NCBI GenBank assembly: GCA_040954595.2
Contig: CM082583.2
Coordinates: 8,244,849-8,308,848 of the forward strand
Length of the DNA: 64,000 bases
Direction of reading: 5' to 3'
From: Balanoglossus misakiensis
Lineage: Eukaryota > Animalia > Hemichordata
A model generated the notes under the pieces. The model searched no databases and was not told the origin of the DNA. It saw only the letters and a program-made list of their open reading frames with translations. The number at the start of each line of letters is the position of its first letter. Within the stretch, counting starts at the first letter, position 1. Below are positions 58,701 through 64,000 of this stretch, piece after piece. The position numbers and the translations under genes are program-made.

Positions 58701-61444
58701 AGCCAGCCATTTCATACACTCCTGATGCCAAATAGATTTACATTCACCGTTTTCACTGACTCTACCAGTAACTGTCCTTCTAGGAGTTTCATCTCTTTCA
58801 CAGCTGTTAAGATACTGCACAGGTGAGATATAACTAGCTGGTTCTCATCATTCTCTGCAAGACACGTACATGTACACTGCTGACAGATATTCCTGTTCAC
58901 CTGAATTTATGTAATCTAAGGACAAGTGCACTGCAAAGCTAGTGTTCTGCTAGATTCCTACCAAGTATAGTGGCATCACACAGAATCACAAACCTCTGCA
59001 GTCAGAGCTCTATGCTGTCCTGGTCTTGATGTTTAGATGACAGTCTTTTTTTGGACTTGTCACTTGCTATCCAACTGTGCTAAGTGACTGCCGTAAAACA
59101 GGATTTCAACCCTCAAGTTTCCAAAGCATGCTAACTCGCCACAACTCCTAAGACTCTGTCAGTATGTGAAACAGTGACGTTCATATGACACACACATTGC
59201 TACACAGATTACTACACTCATTCCATGCATTGAACAACTCCGACCAGCAAACTGTATGTGTACACCAGAGAAAGATTCCAGATGTTGAATGGTCGCCGCC
59301 TCACACACATGTACACATGTCCTCACTGTGTTTGCGTGAACAACACTGAACAGTTTTATCACAAGAGTGGTACATGTTGTACTTGAGGAAAGTGTTGGCC
59401 TCCATGTGTGTTATGGAGACAGGAGGATGTTTTGGAGCAATAGTGTGTGTAGAGGTGTACATGTTTTGACACACATGTCAGTATGAAAGTTGAAAGAATT
59501 TGATCCAATATTTTGATGTTGATATTTTCAGATCTAGTCAGAGAGGTTCAAGGTCAAACAGTGTTGTAGATTTGATAGACCCAAGAGACAAATCTCAAAC
59601 CTCATCGCAGACTGTCATTTACTCAGATCCAAGGTCAAAGAGCATGAAACCGGATCTGCTTGCCAAGTAAGTCTTGACCTCCCCTTTGCACTCTGACCCC
59701 CTGGTGACCTATGATGTCATGGAGACATTTCTGGGTTCAAAGGGTGAATATAGCAACATTTTTATCACTGTAAAACCACTGGAAAATCGTTTTGCTTTCT
59801 CTCACCTTTGCCCAGACAAAAATCATATCAGAAATTGAAATATTTCCATACTGCCTTTTTCAGCATGCCAGATGACGTTTGTCACTTAGCTGAACTGGAA
59901 GGGGATACACTCCACCTGTACGGACCTGGTTCGTTAGAGGCTTTGGATAAGAATTGGGGAATACAAGCTGCCAGCGCTGTCTCTGCAGTTTCCTTCAAAT
60001 TTATCAACTTCAATGAAATCGCGAAACACTTACACAAGATTAGAAGCAGATTCCCCAATGTGACGGTAGGTGGCATGTGATTTTCATCTGTATTCAATGT
60101 TTAGGTAGTTTGCTGTCCTAGATAGAAAGGGGCAGTTGAATAAGAGGTTACGTTTTATAGGGTACTTTGGATTGAATTTTTGGCACAGACATTAATATAT
60201 CTGGATTCCATTTCAGACTATTCTGTTCGGAGCTGCCAATATCAGTTGTTTTCAACATATCAATGCACTGTCGGTGTTACGCCGGCTGGATAACTTGACC
60301 GTATCGTCTGAAGGCAATCCGGTCACTCTCTTCACACTGTGGAAGCCCTACACACTGTTCCGCCTGGCGCACTTCTCACTTCGGAAAATAAACGATGTGG
60401 AGGTAAGCAGACTGTGGGTTTTTGTAGGCGGGTGAACAATGCATGTCCCTTATTCTGCATTAGTCTGAGAGAAGAAGAAGGTTTTGCGTGTAGGTTAATT
60501 TTACAGTCAGTTTAAATTACACAAGTTTCTTTAATAAGGTGCATGGTAAATGCAATAGTTCCTGTAATCAGTAAAGTTGAATATGCCCGTAGATGGCGCT
60601 GTTTGGCACTGAAAATGAAATTTATTTAGCCTGAGAAGATGAAACAGACACTTCATCATCATTGTACTCTTTTTTCTGGCAGGTAACTGCAGCCGACATA
60701 GTACAAGCTGAGAAGCTCTTCGGCTCACTCTCGCACATCACCACATCGCAGCTACCTCAGTCCAGGCTGTTGTCGTTGCTAGGGGAGTCCAAGAGGAAGC
60801 AATACCAGGCGGTGTCCGACCAGGAGCTGAAAGCCCGGAAGCAACTGGCCTCCGACATGAAGACCTCGTCGGAGAGTGTCGGCCGAGCTGGCTTGCAATA
60901 TTCGTGTGACGAAGCAATAGCTGAAGTAGCACAGGTAGAAGAGCTGTTGGTCTTGTGTGATGTCTAGGATTCTTCCTAGGTTCTGTCGGATGTATCATGA
61001 AATCTGTGTGAACATGAAGCCCAATAAAGCCCACCCCATTCCCCCCCCCCCCCACTCGCTATTATAGGAGCCCGCAACCATCCTGATACATGACTTGTCA
61101 GTGTGATGCATGGATAATGTTGATAGATAATTCCTCTTGATTTTTTGCCTCCACAGGACAGATAAATTTTAAGACATTCCAGTGCCATTTTTAGTAATTT
61201 TTGTCTCGCTTTTTTTTATCAGGAGAGGAGGCAGAGGTTCCTGTTTGCCAAAAGCTACATCAAAGAGTTGACTTCAGAGGCAATACTTGTAGACCACAAA
61301 CTGTCGGCGTTGCAGCAGATATGGCCCAGGCTGTTCATTGAGATGATCCAAACTGCCGTGGTGGAGATATCGGATACCGATAAATACTTGCGCAGATGCC
61401 TGCAGGATTTGGAGTCCAGCTCCAAGGCCCCCAAAGAAAATTAA
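46713..61444 (+). CDS. LRRC49: Leucine-rich repeat-containing protein 49 (tubulin polyglutamylase complex / centriolar satellite); about 16 core exons
   Basis: DRLNLDRRRLTVCPILEGEEHLRLLNFQHNMITKIQ..., LDVLDLHGNQI, LQRLFLSFNQI, DGNPFSQEQYYKQTVL...LRQLDMKRIT|EEERR...|EKRRIAINNAARQW, CHLAELEGDTLHLYG. Stop TAA at 61442-61444. The 5' exons (46713-46763, 47223-47294) are inferred from splice sites and weaker similarity. Confidence 0.92.
57155..57249 (+). mobile_element. TTAA-type MITE copy in an LRRC49 intron
   Basis: TTAA-CCCTTGACACCCCGTTTCCCTATG...AAAACAATGGGATTGAACC...GGCAGGGG-TCAA, colinear with 31945-32037. Confidence 0.6.
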
Positions 61445-61507
61445 CCCTTTGAGGTCGTCGTCTATCAGATTGAGAAAGGTCTGTGACGGAACCTCAGAGA
61501 GGGTTAA
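61441..61507. repeat. TTAA-bounded inverted repeat (hairpin) overlapping the LRRC49 stop codon
   Basis: TTAACCCTTTGAGGT ... ACCTCAGAGAGGGTTAA. Confidence 0.7.
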
Positions 61508-61653
61508 TGTTCTTGAGTTTCGCCTCTTGGGGTCGGTCCTTGCAGTTGGTCCGGGTTAGCTTTCCGCAAGGTTCTTGGAGCGAGACTGTGGACCCAGGGA
61601 GAGGTGTGGTCTGCTCTGAGTCTGGACTGAGTACGAAGTGATGGTGATTGCAA

Positions 61654-61671
61654 AGAGAGAGAGAGAGAGAG
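61654..61671. repeat. (AG)n microsatellite in the LRRC49 3' UTR
   Basis: Directly visible. Confidence 0.85.
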
Positions 61672-62209
61672 TATGTTTCACATGTTCAGTTCTTCTTTCT
61701 GCGCACGTCACAAGCGCGAAAGAAACTCTCTACAGAAACAACAAAATAACCCCCTACTCCTCCCCCCCTGGAGTCCTGATAGGGTACCTTGTTCCTGTCA
61801 TTGTCCTGCATTGATTCGTGGGACAAACCACTTGGAACGTAGGTTGGATGATTCGAACATGTCAGTGACTTCCTCACACTGACAGTACTCTTGTATCAGG
61901 GAATTGAACTTTCAACCACACACTACTTGAAGACTATTCATGGGATCTGGTCTGGGCACGATTTGCAACACAACAGATTTCAACCTCTTCTTGATTGTGC
62001 ACATTTGTTCGTGAATAACAGTTTGTCAGACAGAAGAAGAAGAAAAGTAAGAAAAAAACGTATCAAAAGGAAATATATCCTTGTCACTTTCAACTGTATT
62101 GGACCGGTTGAAAAGTGTTTCATATCCCGACTTCAAACAGGCAACTTACTTAAATGTGAATTTTTGAGATTCTCCTCGCAATTGGCAATTATATCATGGA
62201 TGTTGTTGC

Positions 62210-62215
62210 AATAAA
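62210..62215 (+). terminator. Candidate LRRC49 polyadenylation signal AATAAA
   Basis: Canonical hexamer about 770 bp downstream of the stop; motif only. Confidence 0.4.
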
Positions 62216-64000
62216 AAAAGGGATCGAAGCTCTGACCACTAGCATTCATCTGTGGGTTTCGTGTTCACAGAAGCCAGGCCTCTGTGGACTTTGCTGAATT
62301 TCTATATTGGGCTACTTCTTGCATTAGGCAATTCAGCCACAGATGGATGTTAGTGGTCCGGGCACTGTTTTATTCCTTCAGTATAAATGCCAACATATCA
62401 CAAATCAATAAAAATTTACAAGGAAATAAATTACCATGCAACACTTGCGTAGAGCCCATAATGTGTGTACAATGTACACAGAAGAGGGTGTCGTCATGTG
62501 CGCAGTTTAGTTGCCATTCTTCAGCACTGTCTAGAGCTCACTGCTGATTCGCTGTTTTTTGAAGTGTGACCACCTGGGTCCTAGATGTGACAAGTTTACT
62601 GCCAGACAAATCAGATTGTCTTGGTTTGTCAACTTTTTTTTGTAAGCAGAACGCCTTATAAATGCAGTGTACATAATTATATTTAGATGATTTCTAAACT
62701 CGGATGAATTACAGTTGAGATCAAAATGTTTACCATAAACTTTCTGGGCAAATCTTTTCCCACTGCCTTCAGTACCTTTGGGCACTTTAATTCCAGAGTT
62801 TTGGAATTGATGTCTGTCCATTTTATTGTGTTTAAACATATTTATATTACTTTATCAGAAACCACCTTTCCTATTTCCCAAGGATTTCAAGTTGGCAAGT
62901 TTTGATATTCTGGTTAAGTTTGTGAAGTGTTTTCATTTTTTCTGTTCACTGAAAGAGGATGAATTCTCCGCGTCAATGCATTGCTGTTACTCAGCTAATA
63001 GCAAAACTGTGTATATATGTGTTAGGGTGATGATATGTATATTATGGTGTTTTTTTGAACAAGCTCTCTCAGACAGCGGTGCCTTGGTGACCGACAGTTT
63101 GCAATTTCATTGGCATAAAACTTTGAGCAAAGCAAGCCACTAAAGATGGCAACAATCTTACTTTATCATTCCCAAATCTTTTCTTAAATGGTCTTGAGTA
63201 CATGTTCCTGAATTGACATGCATATTTTTGAAAAATATTTGCAGTTTTCAGGGGGTTTTCGCTGCGTTGTGGCATCCATTTTTCAAAGCATTCCTGATAG
63301 TGCCACATGGAGCGCACAATCTGTCTTTTGATCTAGATGATACGCAAAGAATCTTTGGTGTACCTCACTTTCTTCAGCATGATTTACAAATGAGAAAAAA
63401 CTTATCAACTTTTGCACATTCCACGCCTAATTCTATTAGTCTCTATGAGTACTTAAAAGCAATATGTTTCATGAAGGGAGAAAGTCAGTCTCTTGAGGAA
63501 ACTTTGCAATGTTGCCTTGTAATATAAAAGAAAAGAAAAAGAATCTGAAGTCAGCATGTGGAGTTGTGGATTGGGGAATCAAATTGTATGAAATTAAGTA
63601 GTAGTCGAGATTCAAAATGGCAGCCAAACTGATAGTAGCTCTGAGCAGATAGTTGTGAGTTGACATTCACCCTAAAAATAAATAGTGAACCTTTTACCTG
63701 TTGGCGGTCTTCATCCATAGGTAAAAATAGAGTATTTGTTCCTGTCTGTAAAGAAAAAACTCAGAGATATGCATTCTTCTGCCATTTACAAAATGGTATC
63801 AGGACAGTCACCCCCTGGGAATAACCACCTTGACATTTGCCTACACACTGTTGGATGTGTTTGGGAGGCGCCCAGGGGGTAACAGTCCTAGAACCTTCAA
63901 ACTTTGGATTTACTTGCAGTTTAACATAAATTTTAAGAAGTAAAAAAACATAAGATATTGATAAGAGACAGTGAAAGATTTTGTAAATATTCTAGCAATG

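Noticed and set aside
62220-64000. Short ORFs (62531-62839, 63069-63317, 63213-63527) and exon-like pieces near 63700-63840
   Set aside because: No recognisable protein and implausibly short implied introns; probably UTR, intergenic or decayed repeat.

Overview
AT-rich, gene-dense genomic DNA from an invertebrate animal, with many short GT-AG introns; it is not prokaryotic. The taxon cannot be fixed from sequence alone. Splicing exons by hand gives, left to right: the 3' part of NBAS (+), SMC5 (+), a CPYC glutaredoxin (-), two tandem CALHM-family channel paralogs (-), RIIAD1 (+), two elongator tRNA-Met(CAT) genes, a STRA6/STRA6-like receptor (-), a tandem array of 8 intact plus 1 truncated tRNA-Met genes (161-167 bp period), selenocysteine lyase SCLY (-), GALT (-) and LRRC49 (+, head-to-head with GALT). 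Four observations stand out. (1) The STRA6-like gene is bracketed by homologous, same-orientation tRNA-Met repeat units. (2) An apparently intronic LRRC49 segment carries a duplicated peptide motif with mostly synonymous differences and three nested in-frame acceptors. (3) A TTAA-flanked piggyBac-like MITE family is present; two inverted copies flank an SMC5 exon, and a similar hairpin overlaps the LRRC49 stop codon. (4) The glutaredoxin has two in-frame start codons. Gene names come from remembered family motifs, not database searches. I found no unambiguous wholly new system.
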